A program made the translations under genes and the position numbers. Below, one piece after another: positions 1 to 12,667 of a stretch of 64,000 nucleotides of DNA; within the stretch, counting starts at the first letter, position 1, and each line of letters opens with the position of its first letter. Source of the stretch: Okamejei kenojei. Its lineage: Eukaryota. The DNA lies in the NCBI GenBank assembly GCA_035221665.1, contig CM069162.1, positions 17,856,001-17,920,000 of the forward strand, in the 5' to 3' direction. The notes beneath the pieces were generated by a model. It worked only from the letters and a program-made list of their open reading frames with translations, was not told the origin of the DNA and made no database searches.

Positions 1-204
1 GCCAGAAGTATTTGATTCCATAGCGTCTGATTTTTTAATTAATTTTCATTATCAACAAATGAGAAATAAGCCAAAATTGCTTGCAATTGTCAATGATAAA
101 CAGATAACAGTTGTCCCCAGGTCATGAATACCCAACTTATGTTTAGTCTGCAGACATGAGTGATTGTTTGGGAGACCAGAGGGATAGATTTGCCAGCTGC
201 AGAT

Positions 205-335
205 GTCAGGGTCTATGGGGAGAAGGCAGGAGAATGGGGTCAGGAGGGAGAGATAGATCAGCCATGACAGAATGGCAGAGTAGATTTGATGAGCCGAATG
301 GCCTAATTATGCTCCGATCACCTATGACCTTATGA
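205..335 (+). mobile_element. CR1 LINE 3' end
   Basis: tatggggagaaggcaggagaatgggg...ccgaatggcctaatt...tatgaccttatga; same family as 46590-47156 and 55655-55920. Confidence 0.8.
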
Positions 336-764
336 TCTGCTGCAAGCATCTTCTGCCACATGGGAAGGTGGCTCATGGCAATATCTGACTGCTGAGTTAA
401 TTGCGCTGTTTTAACTACACATTGCCCTCGATGGCCTATGTTTTTATTTAAATTTTTTGCCAGGCACCCACATTTCTGGTTTGTGAACTGTTTGGGTTAT
501 AAACAGTTCTCAGGAACTGAACCTTGCCGCAACCTGTGAAGGACCTGCAGAAGAACTAAACCTCATCGTTAAATAAAGAGCTTTGGCAACAATAGTGGAG
601 AATTTCTGCTGACAACCAAATACCAGTGACTCCATTCAAGTAGTGCCAAACATCTATGAGTCATATTTTCCCATTCTAGAGCTCTGGCAAGTTGCAAATG
701 TGTCAAGGCAGATTGGTGAATACAATGTACAAAGGTGCTCCACGCATTGAAGAGTACATTTCAA

Positions 765-858
765 TATGAAGAAACAAAGAAATGTAGATGCTGATTAAAA
801 CACAAAAGGACACAAAGTGCTGGAGTAATTCAGCGGGTCATGCAGCATCCCTGGAGGG
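765..858 (-). mobile_element. Hammerhead-core short element, left half (split by the Rex1 LINE)
   Basis: acacaaagtgctggagtaattcagcgggtcatgcagcatccctggag continues after the LINE at 2494-2533 (aatatggatagg...gagacccttcttcagac). Confidence 0.75.
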
Positions 859-2493
859 ATGCTGCCTACAAGGCGAAACCAGGAGGCAGCTCGGATGTCA
901 GCAATACATCACTCCCTGGTATTTCAGTCTCAGTCACAGAGGCTGACGTCAGGAAATCCTTCAGAGGGGTGAACCCTCGAAAAGCGTCTGGACCTGATGG
1001 CATACCTGGTCGTGTTCAAAAAACCTGTGCGGACCAACTGGCTGGAGTTTTTACGGACATTTTCAACCTGTCACGTCTGAGGTCTGAGGTTCCCACCTAC
1101 CTCAAAAGGGCATCAATAATACCGGTGTCCAAGAAGAGCAAGGTGACGTGCCTCAATGACTATCGACCTGTGACACTAAAGCCTGTGGTGATGAGGTGCT
1201 TCGAGAGGTTGATCATGGCGCAAATTAACTCCTACCTCGACAAAAACCTGGACCTACTGCAGTTCACTTACCGCCACAACAGATCAACGGTGGACTTGAT
1301 CTCGCTGGCCCTCCACTCCGTTCTGGACCACTTGGACAACATAAACTCATATGTCAGGCTGTTAATCATTGACTACAGCTCGGCATTTAACACAATCATC
1401 CCCTCCAAGCTGGTTACCAAACTCGCAGAACTGGGTCTCTGCGCATCCCTCTGCAATTGGATCCTCGACTTCCTCATTCACAGACCACAGTCTGTTCGTA
1501 TTGGTGGAAATGTGTCAGACTCGATAACAATCAGCACGGGAGCACCTCAAGGCTGCGTGCTCAGCCCCCTGCTGTACTCACTCTATACTCATGACTGCAT
1601 AGCCGGTCATAGTGCAAACTCCATCATCACGTTCACTGACGACACCACTGTTGTGGAACGTATCACTGATGGGGATGAGTCGCAGTACAGAAGAGAGATC
1701 GCGCGACTGTCCATATAGTGCCAGCACAATAACCTGGCCCTCAACACCAGCAAAACCAAGGAACTGATTGTGGACTTTGGAAGGAGTAGGATAGGGACCC
1801 ATATCAACGGGTCGATGGTTGAAAGGGTCAAGAGCTTCAAATTCCTGGGTGTGCACATCTGTGAAGATCTTTCCTGGTCCGAGAACACAGATGCAATTAT
1901 TAAGAAAGCTCATCAGCGCCTCTACTTCCTGAGAAGATTACGGAGAGTCGGACTGTCAAGGAGGACTCTCTCTAACTTCTACAGGTGCACAGTAGAAAGC
2001 TTGCTGACTGGTTGCATCGTGGCTTGGTTCGGCAACTTGAGTGCCCTGGAGAGGAAAAGACTACAAAAAGTAGTAAACACTGCCCAGTCCATCATTGGCT
2101 CTGACCTTCCTTCCATCGAGGGGATCTACCACAGTGGCTGCCTCAAAAAGGCTGGCAGCATCATCAAGGACCTACACCACCCTGGCCACACACTCATCTC
2201 CCTGCTACCTTCGGGTAGAAGGTACAGGAGCCTGAGAACTGCAACGACCCGGTTCAGGAATAGCTACTTCCCCACAGCCATCAGGCTATTAAACCTGGAT
2301 CGGACAAAACTCTGAACATTAATACCCCTCCATCTGTTATTTGCACTTTATTAATTTATTAATTAATGTGTGTATTTAAGTATATAATTGTAGTCAATGC
2401 CTACTATGTTCTGTTGTGCTATGCAAAGAAAGAATTTCATTGTCCTGTCAGGAACACATGACAATAAACTCTTTTGACTTTGACTTGACTTTG
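859..2493 (+). mobile_element. 5'-truncated Rex1/Babar-like non-LTR retrotransposon, RT disrupted
   Basis: ORFs 840..1718 and 1770..2315 are in one frame, split by TAG at 1716-1718 (likely TGG>TAG). Motifs [48 protein letters not shown]; 3' UTR with ACAATAAA and (T)TTGAC tail. Confidence 0.9.
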
Positions 2494-2713
2494 AGAATAT
2501 GGATAGGTTTCGAGTCGAGACCCTTCTTCAGACCACTCTGGTGAAGCAGTATTAATCTAGTATGCCACCAACTTATACTTGCAATGCACTCAATTCTGAG
2601 TCCCTGATTTCAATTAGCCGTGAGCTGGCTGGTGAACACTAGGATTTTCTCACAGGAATTTTTGTTTTCATTTTAAAAAAAAGCTTGAACAGCAAGGTAC
2701 TGAGAATACTTAC

Positions 2714-2789
2714 CAACTCTCCATAGTGCTTCATTGCATATTCCAGGACCCCAGCTGCTGCCTCTGGTTGCTGCAGTTTGTTATTTATG
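2714..2789 (-). CDS. MTOR: mTOR coding exon (exon 29 equivalent)
   Basis: (S)INNKLQQPEAAAGVLEYAMKHYGEL; gacAG/GTaagt; 76 bp, phase matches the previous exon across a 36.9-kb intron. Confidence 0.96.
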
Positions 2790-4320
2790 CTGTCAACGAA
2801 ATTAGATAATTTAGTACAATTCCAAGAAAGTGTCGGAGGATGTACATTACACTAAAAGATGTCCCAAAGTGCTCCAGGTCTAAAGAATTAACTTTGAAGT
2901 GCAATTACTGTTACAAGTGAGCGAGTTTGGAAGCCCGGATTTCAGTAACTAGAAGCAGAGTGGTCAAGGGGGCCGGTCATGTGACGCCTCTCACTTGTCA
3001 CTATTCAGAGACAAGAATTTAAGGGATTAGAGGGAGAAAATGCAAAAACAAACGTAAGTTTAAATGCAAGTCAGACAAAAAGAAATACAGAAGAACACTA
3101 CATAATGAGAGTCAGAAGTACATATTCAATCTTTGCTAGTTCAGATTTAATGGTGTTAATCGTGCATCAAGACCCATCGGTACCCGTGAAGTACAATATT
3201 AATATTTAGTTACTGTTGTGAATACGCATATAATCACTTCAAAAATGTGTCATCCGCCAAGTTTAAGAAACCACATACTATATGCTTCACAATAATGTCC
3301 CCATTGGATTTGCAGAAAGAATCCTGTTAAGGAAATCAGCAGAATTTTATTGTAGTTAAAATACCATTTTGTCACAATTTAATGCAACCATCCTCTAAAA
3401 TATAACTAGATTTACAACTTCCAATGCCCACCTTGGCTGATGCAATTGCAGTTAAATCATAAAGGATGTCATTTTACCATTGTGACAAAAAGATATTTCT
3501 TGACTGGGTTTAGTCATTTTTGGCAGAAATTGACGCTGCTGTATTTAAAATCAATCATCAAGTATTTGAAAAACTGTTGAAAAGTTTCTGAAGGAATCAG
3601 GTTAACGTTGAATGACTACAGCATGATTTGCTCAGTATAATCCATAACAGGCAATTACTGAGTAAAGTTAGAAGTTATAAAAAATTCAAACATGCAACAT
3701 CAATAGGTGAAATGTTATTTAAACAGGTGGACCCAACCTCCATGTTGAATACTGCAGTGTTAAATTACCAGAACAAAGACAAACTGATAAAAAGCATTGA
3801 GAAAATAATGCTTGAGTAATCAGCCAAGAGTCTAAGAAAGAGGAGGACTATATATTTATACAGGTTACCTGAAGGACATAGTATGCAATGTAAACATACA
3901 ACCTATTATTGCTATACTATTCACTTGTGCATCATCTTATAAACTGACTGGATATCTTTTCCTTCAAAATAGAGTTCCTCATTCATTGAATAACAAGATG
4001 ATGTGGAGCAACAAGTATTTCAGTGTCTTTTGCCCATGACCACGATTTGGTATCAACTTTTTTGACCAAGATCTCAGGAAAAAGCTATAGACAAACTGAG
4101 GTAACGGGCCTTGGGATCCATAAATGACAGTGCAATGTAAAATATAAGAATACGAATAATCAATGTTAATAACATTTAAACTGATTCAACAATAAAAATG
4201 TTTAATCTAGGAAAACAAACATTGATATTTTCCCTTTGTCCCCTTCAAACTTCTACCATATCTCAAAATTGGTGGGCGGTGTCGTGCACCTCATTGTTGA
4301 ATCGCCTTCGAGCCCATCTT

Positions 4321-4487
4321 CCTTATCTCTGCGTCTCCCTCTCCCTGACGCTCAGTCTGAGGAAGAGTCTCAACCCGAAACGTCACCCACTCCTTCTATC
4401 CAGAGATGCTGCCTGTCCTGCTGAGTTACTGCAGCATTTTGTGTCTATCTTCGGTGTAAACCAGCATCTGCAGTACCTTCCTACACA
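4321..4487 (+). mobile_element. Hammerhead-core short element
   Basis: cagtCTGAGGA-agagtctcaaccc-GAAACGTC-accc...gctgagttactgcagc...cagcatctgcagtaccttcctacaca. Confidence 0.8.
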
Positions 4488-5418
4488 TGTTCCTAAACCT
4501 ACAGGACATGACACTCATATTGTGTTCACCAACACCAATGTGAACGCAGACAGATTAACACAATGAAACAATAGTACAAACGGATTTATTTCCCTTTATC
4601 ATTGAACATTTCGGCGAGTTGTCTATAAATAAATTCACTTGACATCTTTATTTTAAGTTAACTGTATGTTTAATATCCAAAATGACTCTCAAAAGCACCG
4701 ATACAACTAGAACTACATATCCTATCCTGTGCAACCAAACACTGACTTCCCCTATCCAGATGCTATTGATGATGAAACCCTCATGCAAGATATCTCATAT
4801 TTCTCCAAAACATCACCAACAACATATCTTCTCATTCCTAAGTGTCAAAACATACTAAACCTTTGCTTTTCTGCCTCTCCTTCCTTTCTTCCAAAATTAA
4901 TGAAGGATGCCTCAGTTATTATATTAATGCACTCTAACCCCAGCAATTCTCTATTTACGAATTAACTTGAATCTCAAATTTATTTATTTTGACTAAGCTA
5001 TCAGTCTCCTTCCCCAACAGGCCAATCAACATCTTAGACATATTTCTTAGGTGATAAGTGAAAGTTGATGTTGTGGACATAAAATTAAACCATTTAAAAT
5101 CAGAATACGTTTTATGATTTTTCAAAAAATCTTTCCGGCAATGTGATTAAAAGACGTTCACATTATTTATGGATACATGCAAATACTAGCTTGGGAATCT
5201 CGCTTTTAACAAAGCTTTGTGCTACTGTTCCAATAACAAATGTGTTTACTCACATTGTTGCTCCTCAGTTTTTAAGTTTTGAATACATTGGGGAAAACAA
5301 CTACAATCAGGGCAATCCTCATATATATATAACATATTGGTGAGGTAGTCCATCCTTTGCAAATTAGTAACTTTAACCTTGCTTCCTTCTTCATTCACCA
5401 ATGTTTGCACATAACATA

Positions 5419-5731
5419 CCATGCCCTCCACGATGTTTGGGACAAAGACCCATCATTTATTCATTTGCCTCTGTACTACACAATTTGAGATTTGTAATAG
5501 AAAAAAAAAAATCACATGTGGTTAAAGTGCACATTGTCTGATTTTATTAAAGGCCGTTTTTATACATTTTGGTTTCACCATGTAGAAATTACCACAGTGT
5601 TTATACATAGTCCCCTCAATTCAGGGCACCATAATGTTTGGGACACATGGCTTCACAGGTGTTTGTAATTTCTCAGGTGTGTTTAAATGCCTCCTTAATG
5701 CAGGTATAAGAGAGCTCTCAGTACCTGGTCT
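5419..5731 (+). mobile_element. Tc1/mariner solo terminal fragment (same family as 24232-25822)
   Basis: Close to the reverse complement of 25500-25822: TIR tgccctcca..tgtttgggacaaagacccatcattta and inner direct repeat tgtttgggacaca. Confidence 0.85.
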
Positions 5732-6577
5732 TAAAACTCTTGGTTTAAGTTTTACTGATCATCACAAATGTGTGCAAATATTTAACCCCATAAGTGCACG
5801 GCACATGGAATTTACAAGTCATTTAAAATCATTCATAAGATTCTGTGTGCCAGCTTTATTTTGAATATTTGCAGTGGAGACTATCGCAGTACACATGAAG
5901 AGGGGAAAAAAACGCGGACAAATGTGGCCCAAAAATCTTCTTAGCTTAAATCAATATGGCAGAATGATCACCAGGGTCTCAATAGTCTGAAGGGCTTCAA
6001 TAGTGCCATTTATTAAGACTAACTAAGGATGGATAGTAATTGTAAAATTGCCAGTGTTGCCAAATCCAGTCACAAGACAAAAATCTAATTTGAAGATAAA
6101 TATAATTCTGCTTGAACTTTCCTCTCAAGCATGAAGATGGCATGAACTGCTTGAGGAAATTATTGATCATCCTTCAGCATCAAGTGTCCTTGTATTAACG
6201 CAGTGAACATTTAAAACAAATATTGTTTTCAGGCTTCAACCTACAGTTTTGCTGATGGGCACATCTGGGTTCCACCTGACCACTGCTGTCGTCGCCAAGT
6301 CCCTCCAGATGGAAAAAGATATGAAAATGTGTCACTAAAAAACCACAACAAAACATTGGCTTGTCAACTTCTTTGAATGTTCTGGTCAACCACATTTTTG
6401 TTATTTAAACAAGATCAGTGAAGCGTTACAGTAAACAAACATGCTTCTTTTCAAGAAATCCATCAAACATGTCCACGAAGAAGAAAAAAAAGACTTCTAC
6501 TGATGTTAGATTTGTTGTGAACTTGACAGCGTTATGATTCAACCATTAAAGTATGAGACAAATATGACCTTTTACTG

Positions 6578-6712
6578 TGTTTCGGAAAATGAACACAGAT
6601 ATTTCGTCGCACCTACGACAGCCCAAATTGTCGCCACTGTCGCCGAAAAGTTTTCAACATGTTGAAAAATTTTCGGCAGTCGCCTACAAATCGCCTAAGT
6701 GGGACAGGCCCT
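6578..6712. mobile_element. PIF/Harbinger MITE fragment (one end)
   Basis: Ends in tcgcctaagtGGGACAGGCCCT; gtcgcc/ctacgac motifs shared with 52050-52587. Confidence 0.7.
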
Positions 6713-6826
6713 TCAGGGATAGTCCCTGCCTCAACTACCTCATCTGGCAGCTTGTTTCACACACCCACGTTCCTTTGTGTGAAAAAGTTGCCCCTCAGAT
6801 TCCCATTAAATCTTTGCCTTCACCTT

Positions 6827-7243
6827 AAACATAGAAACATAGAAAATAGGTGCAGGAGTAGGCCATTCGGCCCTTCGTGCCTGCACCGCCATTCCATATG
6901 ATCATGGTTGATCATTCAACTCAGTATCCTTTACCTGCCTTCTCTCCATACCCTCTGATCCCTTCAGCCACAAGGGCTACATCTAACTCCCTCTTAAATA
7001 TAGCCAATGAACTGGCCTCAACTACCTTCTGTGGCAGAGAACTACAGAGACTCACCACTCTCTGTGTGAAAAATGTTTTCCTCACCTCCGTCCTAAAGGA
7101 TTTCCCCCTTATCCTTAAACTGTGACCCCTTGTTCTGGACCTCCCCAACATCGGGAACAATCTTCCTGCATCTGGCCCGTCCAACCTCTTAAGAATTTTG
7201 TAAGTTTCTATAAGATCCCCCCTCAATCTTCTAAATTCTAGCG
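6827..7243 (-). mobile_element. Young CR1 LINE 3' end nested in an older CR1 fragment
   Basis: ORF 6921..7226 RGDLIETYKIL...TRGHSLRIRG...FFTQRVV...LPQKVVEA; (catagaaa)n tail; very similar to 60553-60965. Confidence 0.9.
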
Positions 7244-8760
7244 ATGTCCTCTGGTCCTCGATTCACCTACTTCCCCACAGTGTACACACTGGAATGTAAA
7301 ACAAATGCAAGCTTGGTTAAACTGGAATACGAAACCCCCGTCCATTATCAAAATACTTGAAATCTTCTGAAACGGCAATCCTGTGCGGCAGACACGGCAA
7401 GTCAAATGGCTACCTTTCACTGGCATTAAATAACCAGTGGTGATTGGAGTTCATGATGGAACAATGACCACATGCATTATATGATGTAAAAATCATCGAC
7501 TTTGACATCCAGTAAATTAGATATTATCCGGTGTTTAGCTGATTATTTTGTACATTAAAATATTTGATTAGTGTTCTTTATCTTATCAATATGGGCGGTT
7601 AGAAGAGCAAAATTACCTTTAGGATGCAGAAATTGCGTTCTTAAATGTGAAAGTACTTAACTTTAATGCTTTCTGCTCCACAGCACAATCAGATAGAAAT
7701 GCCAGTATTAAATTTGACATGGTACCCAACATCCAATAGATTTTATATATTTTCCCCAAGGATGTTCAGGAAATGTACACACTCGCAGTTACACAAAGAT
7801 TCTTGCGACCCGACAAATGGTCCAAGCAAGGCAAAAAGATCCGGGCAACTCAATGACTAATTGGGAAGATTATGGGGGGGGGAAGTAAAATCAACCCACT
7901 CAGTAGCTAGTTCTAAATGATTTCTTACAACAGGTTAATCATTATATTACAGTACAAAATAATATTTGAACATAACAATCAGAACAGATAGCAGGATTTG
8001 CTTTAGGAAGTTGAATGAAGAAAGAAGCAGATAAAATCACCATGTTTTACAAGGATGACATGGTGTAGAGTCATGAAGAGGGAGTCTTCAGACACTTCAA
8101 CTAGGAAGCAAACAAATGATGGTCCTTAAGGTGCAACTTTGAGGCTTACTTCCTTCTTTTATATCATTTAATGAACTGCTTGGAAGTTTGGAGTGTGTTT
8201 TATTTTTGTTTACACAGACAAAACCACAAAATCTCTATAAGCAGGTCAACATATTCAGAATATGTTAAGAAAGCACTTACTAATTTTATATAACAGTTTA
8301 ATGGAAACTAAACAATCTTTAAATTGGATGGGAGATATGATCATCTTAAAATCAAATGGCATCAGTTCTGTCACGAGAACATGTTGCCTCAAGCTGCTCA
8401 ATGATACGTTGTACCTTGTACTATACCGAGAAAAAAGGTGCATTGCCATGATCTGGAAAGATTAGTTTAGTTCTAAGAAGTGGTCAAACCATCTCAGCCA
8501 TTTTCCTCAAAACACAAAAATTGGAAAATTACAGATATAATTCAACATGAAACAAATGCAGGATAAGCCAACTCAACTTTTCTTTGACCACAAGGAGAGA
8601 ATTAAGTCTGGCCCCTTGAACGAAAGCATCATAATGAAGCAATGCCAAAGAAATCCATGCAGTTGGAGATTTTGTACAATCACTAAATGGCAAAATAATC
8701 AGCATCTGACGGCACAGATATTTCTGGTCAGTTTCAAAAGAGCAAAGATTAGAGCAAAGT

Positions 8761-8856
8761 CTGAAGAAGGATCTCGACCCGAAACGTCGCCTATCTCCTT
8801 CGCTCCTTAGATGCTGCTGCACCCGCTGAGTTTCTCCAGCCTTTTGTGTACCTTCA
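8761..8856 (+). mobile_element. Hammerhead-core short element
   Basis: CTGAAGA-aggatctcgaccc-GAAACGTC-gcctatctcc...gctgagtttctccagc. Confidence 0.8.
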
Positions 8857-9527
8857 AAACAGCAAAGTTCAATTGTGTTGATCAAGTATGTTCACCATTA
8901 AACACCGACCTTGACAGAGCATTATTCTTTTACCTACCTGTAAAATTGAGCTTTTTTCCCCAGCATATTTTTTCCACTGATAAAGTTCCGTGCCAGAAAC
9001 ATCATGTGCCCTGCTAAACATGCTGATTTCTACATCCATTCTATCTGCATTAAGAAATCTTGTGGTAATTTAAAGACTCATACAGATACCTGACCAATCC
9101 CTCTTGCTTGTAGGATGTGCAGGCTGGATGAATAAGAACTGCGAGTTGGAAAGTGGAGATTGAGAAGAACAGAAAGTGTTCAAGGTTGCATGACAGAAAG
9201 TTAAGATTTGGTCAGAGAAATAATTAAGGTAAGCCCTTAACAAGTCTGAAATTCTTATTATGAACTGGCTTTGATTCAGTTAGGCTTTATTGAGACCTTG
9301 TGTTCATGCATTACTTCAATGAGGTTTCATTTAAGTGACTGAAAATCCACAATTTTATTGAACAGTAATAAAAAAACACCCTGGAACAGGATCAAAACTG
9401 CAAATCATAACCAGTTTGAAGCGTCGGTGATTCAAACATCATATAAAACACACATTCTTATGATGTTTGTCATAAGTATTTGTTTGGAATAGGTTCTCTG
9501 CGCTTGTGGCAAGTGAATCAAATAGGG

Positions 9528-9658
9528 AGTGAAGGTGAGGGGGTGAAGGAAGAGAGGGAGAGAGGGAGAGGGAGAGGGGGCAAGGAGAGAGGGGGGGGAA
9601 GAGAGAGGGGGGGGAGAGAGGGGGGGAGAGAGGGGGGGAGAGAGAGGGGGGGAGAGAG
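9528..9658 (+). repeat. GA/G-rich low-complexity tract running into an assembly gap
   Basis: (GAGAGAGGGGGG)n-like purine-only tract; purine-rich sequence resumes after the gap at 10021. Confidence 0.9.
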
Positions 9659-10020
9659 NNNNNNNNNNNNNNNNNNNNNNNNNNNNNNNNNNNNNNNNNN
9701 NNNNNNNNNNNNNNNNNNNNNNNNNNNNNNNNNNNNNNNNNNNNNNNNNNNNNNNNNNNNNNNNNNNNNNNNNNNNNNNNNNNNNNNNNNNNNNNNNNNN
9801 NNNNNNNNNNNNNNNNNNNNNNNNNNNNNNNNNNNNNNNNNNNNNNNNNNNNNNNNNNNNNNNNNNNNNNNNNNNNNNNNNNNNNNNNNNNNNNNNNNNN
9901 NNNNNNNNNNNNNNNNNNNNNNNNNNNNNNNNNNNNNNNNNNNNNNNNNNNNNNNNNNNNNNNNNNNNNNNNNNNNNNNNNNNNNNNNNNNNNNNNNNNN
10001 NNNNNNNNNNNNNNNNNNNN
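9659..10020. other. Assembly gap (N run)
   Basis: 362 N bases. Confidence 1.
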
Positions 10021-10532
10021 ACGGGGAGAGAGAGACTCGGCAAGAAAAAATGTGATCACATTTCTATTCTGGCTAGAACCTGTAACATAAAGGAAATGTT
10101 TTATACTTTGAACCTTTGCAACAAACTGAAGGGGAAAGTTACAACCTATTTTGCTGATTAAGGTTCATCAACACAGTTATTTTTAAAATATTAAAAATAA
10201 ATCAACAGTTAGTGTGTTGGCTCCGTATCACAAACAAAGGTTCATGTCCCTAATTTGTGACATAAGGCGTTCCTGTGCCTAATTGAACAGAGTGAGAGGA
10301 ACCTGTGGATTCCTTCCTTACCAGCCAATTCTAGAGGAAGAGGAGAGGATACGCTGGACGTCTGGGGGGTAGCAAACAAAGCAGTATGTGGATGTAGGTT
10401 GTGACAGGAAGTTGGTGTGGGTGGTGGTTAAGGTGGGGCGGGGAGGTTGATGTTCAGAGGGGTCATGAATTAAAGCATGGTGACAGTGGAAGTGGAGTTG
10501 AGGCTGAGAGATTAACCGGTGTAAGAGCTGGT

Positions 10533-10840
10533 TAGTTTAGGTTAGTTGAGTTTGAAGATACAATGCAGAAACAAGCCCTTTTGCCCACCGAGACCACACC
10601 AACCACAAACACTCGTTCACCAGTTCTATCCTACACACTCGGGACAATTTACAGAAGCCAATTAACCTACAAACATCCACATCTTGGGAATGTGCGAGGA
10701 AACCTAGAGCACCTGGAGAAAACCCACGCGGTCACAGGAAGAACATACAAACTCTCCACATTCAGCACCCGTAGTCAAGATCCAACCCGGGTCTCTGGTG
10801 TTGTAAGACAGCAAGTCTGCTGCTGTGTCACTGTTATGGC
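10533..10840 (-). mobile_element. tRNA-derived V-SINE/HE1-like SINE
   Basis: Reverse complement has a tRNA-like head (gacccgggttggatcttgac), central tgggttttctccaggtgctc domain and ctaaact tail. Confidence 0.75.
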
Positions 10841-12006
10841 TACTGAGGCTCCACACAATACTGTGTGTCAGAGAAACCACCTTGCAAATGAAGAACGCAG
10901 CAACACTACATTCTGAACCATCTGTTTACATGTCCTTGAACTGGCGAGAGTGTGGGTAATGGCTGCTGTCGGATATGACTACCTACCGAATTAGTTCGGC
11001 AATGTTATATCCAAATCTTAATGCCCTCATGGTATTGAGTGCTAACAAAATTTGTTGCTTTATTTGCATTATGTTTATTTATTTTCCCCCACTTAAATTT
11101 CATACATGCGAGTTTTATTCCTTGCCCCTGAGTTTTGGGCAATGATTTGCGAAATCCATAAGAGTGATCCTCCGTCATCTAAATAGCCATAATGCGGTGG
11201 TTGTCTTTAACAACTTTTAATAGGAGCTAATTGTTAAAATAACAATAAGCAATAAAGTTTATGGGAGTAAAAACCTCAACTCTGGTCAGAACTTTTGATA
11301 GAACAAACCAGCTCTTGTCTCGCCCTGGTGAAAGATCAATGTTTTATCCATGTTCCAAAAAGGAAACCAGATGTCTGTGTTGCTCTCGTGGTTTTATCAA
11401 CTGTAGACTAGATGTGGTCTGGAATCACTGCGCAACATGCCACAACAGTGCTCCACACAATAATTTGCAGCATACTTGCGACTTACCACATTTTCCACAT
11501 TAAATCCCAAATTACACCGCAAAGCTTTTCTGCAAAAGTTGGAAATGCGACATTTTTTGCACAATGCTTCAGAAGCGGGTTTAGATGCTCCGTTAATTGG
11601 AAGATTGTGAAAAAGACTAAAATGAGAAATACTCTTACATGCATGAATTATGCAAACTTCACTCATTCCTTTTATCCAGGGAGTTAAGTTCAACTCACAG
11701 CTGGTTTCAAATTGCAATTATCATTATGGAATTAAGACAGATGTTGGCAAACATGAAATTTGAAGAGTTGGAGACACATTATTTCTTCCAAAGCATATAA
11801 AAGTTAGACTCACATTTATAACTGGTTCACAAATATGCTTTAGGGAAAAAACTCAGCTGTCTTTACCCAGCTATGACTCCAGGCTGACAGCAATGTGACT
11901 GATTCTGCACTGCACTCCAAAATAGTCTAGCAGATTCAGTTCAGGATCAAGCATCAGGATAAGACAAACATCAACTGCTGCTGGCAAAGCAACAATTCGG
12001 TGAAAG

Positions 12007-12220
12007 ACACAAAATGCTGGAGCAACTCAGCGGTTCAGGCAGCATCTCTGCAAAGAAAGAATGGGTGGGGTTTTAGGTTGAGAAGGTCTGAAGAAGGGTC
12101 TCCACCCGAAACATCACCCATTCCTTCTATCCAGAGATGCTGCCTGTCCCGCTGAATTACTCCAGCATTTGGTGTCTATCATCGGTATAAACCGGCATCT
12201 GTAGTTCCTTCCTACATAAC
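12007..12220. mobile_element. Inverted dimer of the hammerhead-core element with TSD
   Basis: Left arm is the reverse complement of the right arm; direct repeat TCGGTGAAAG at 11997-12006 and 12221-12230. Confidence 0.8.
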
Positions 12221-12489
12221 TCGGTGAAAGGATCTCCAAAATCTGCCCTAAACTCCGGGCATTACTGGAAATATGCCGGACGTTTCAGTTTCAAATTGTT
12301 TCTTTGCAGATTTTGTTTATTTGACATGGTTCAGTTTTAGTTGCAACTCAAATTATTCCAGTTACTTAACATTAGCCTGACATCAGTTATCATTGATATG
12401 CAGCCAGTCGAGTAATAATCAATGGGGTTTTAATGTAGATCTATGGGCTTCCATTAGATGTCTTTCTCCTGAAGTGAGTAGAAAGCTTA

Positions 12490-12664
12490 GTTACCTGAAA
12501 CTGCTCATTCAATGTTAACTCCCAAGGTCAGCCACATATCATGTTGGATGATGAGGTGCAGGTCCTTAAACTTACACTGTGAAGCATTGGAACAGTGCAG
12601 GAGGCCAAAGACAGAAGTCTTTGTGGGAGGGATGGAGAATTAATGTGAATGGTGACTGGAAGAT
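12490..12664 (-). mobile_element. Penelope-like element GIY-YIG C-terminal remnant
   Basis: With one frameshift the minus strand reads LPVTIHINSPS...SVFGLLHCSNASQCKFKDLHLII...GVNIE, resembling the recalled PLE motif LPVAxHFNS...GLLHC...RKLEEQHLIFxLGT..PxGLNIEF. Confidence 0.65.
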
Positions 12665-12667
12665 TAA

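Noticed and set aside
108-547. Possible Tigger/pogo-like MITE around the CR1 fragment (similar hint at 56985-57200)
   Set aside because: Termini are too degenerate and there is no clear TA duplication; needs a library search.
840-2315. Domesticated reverse transcriptase gene
   Set aside because: 5'-truncated, has an in-frame stop and a LINE tail; the ORF-track ATG comes from the flanking repeat.
9432-10059. Long ORFs spanning the N run (also 62459-62782)
   Set aside because: Artefacts of translating through assembly gaps and low-complexity sequence.
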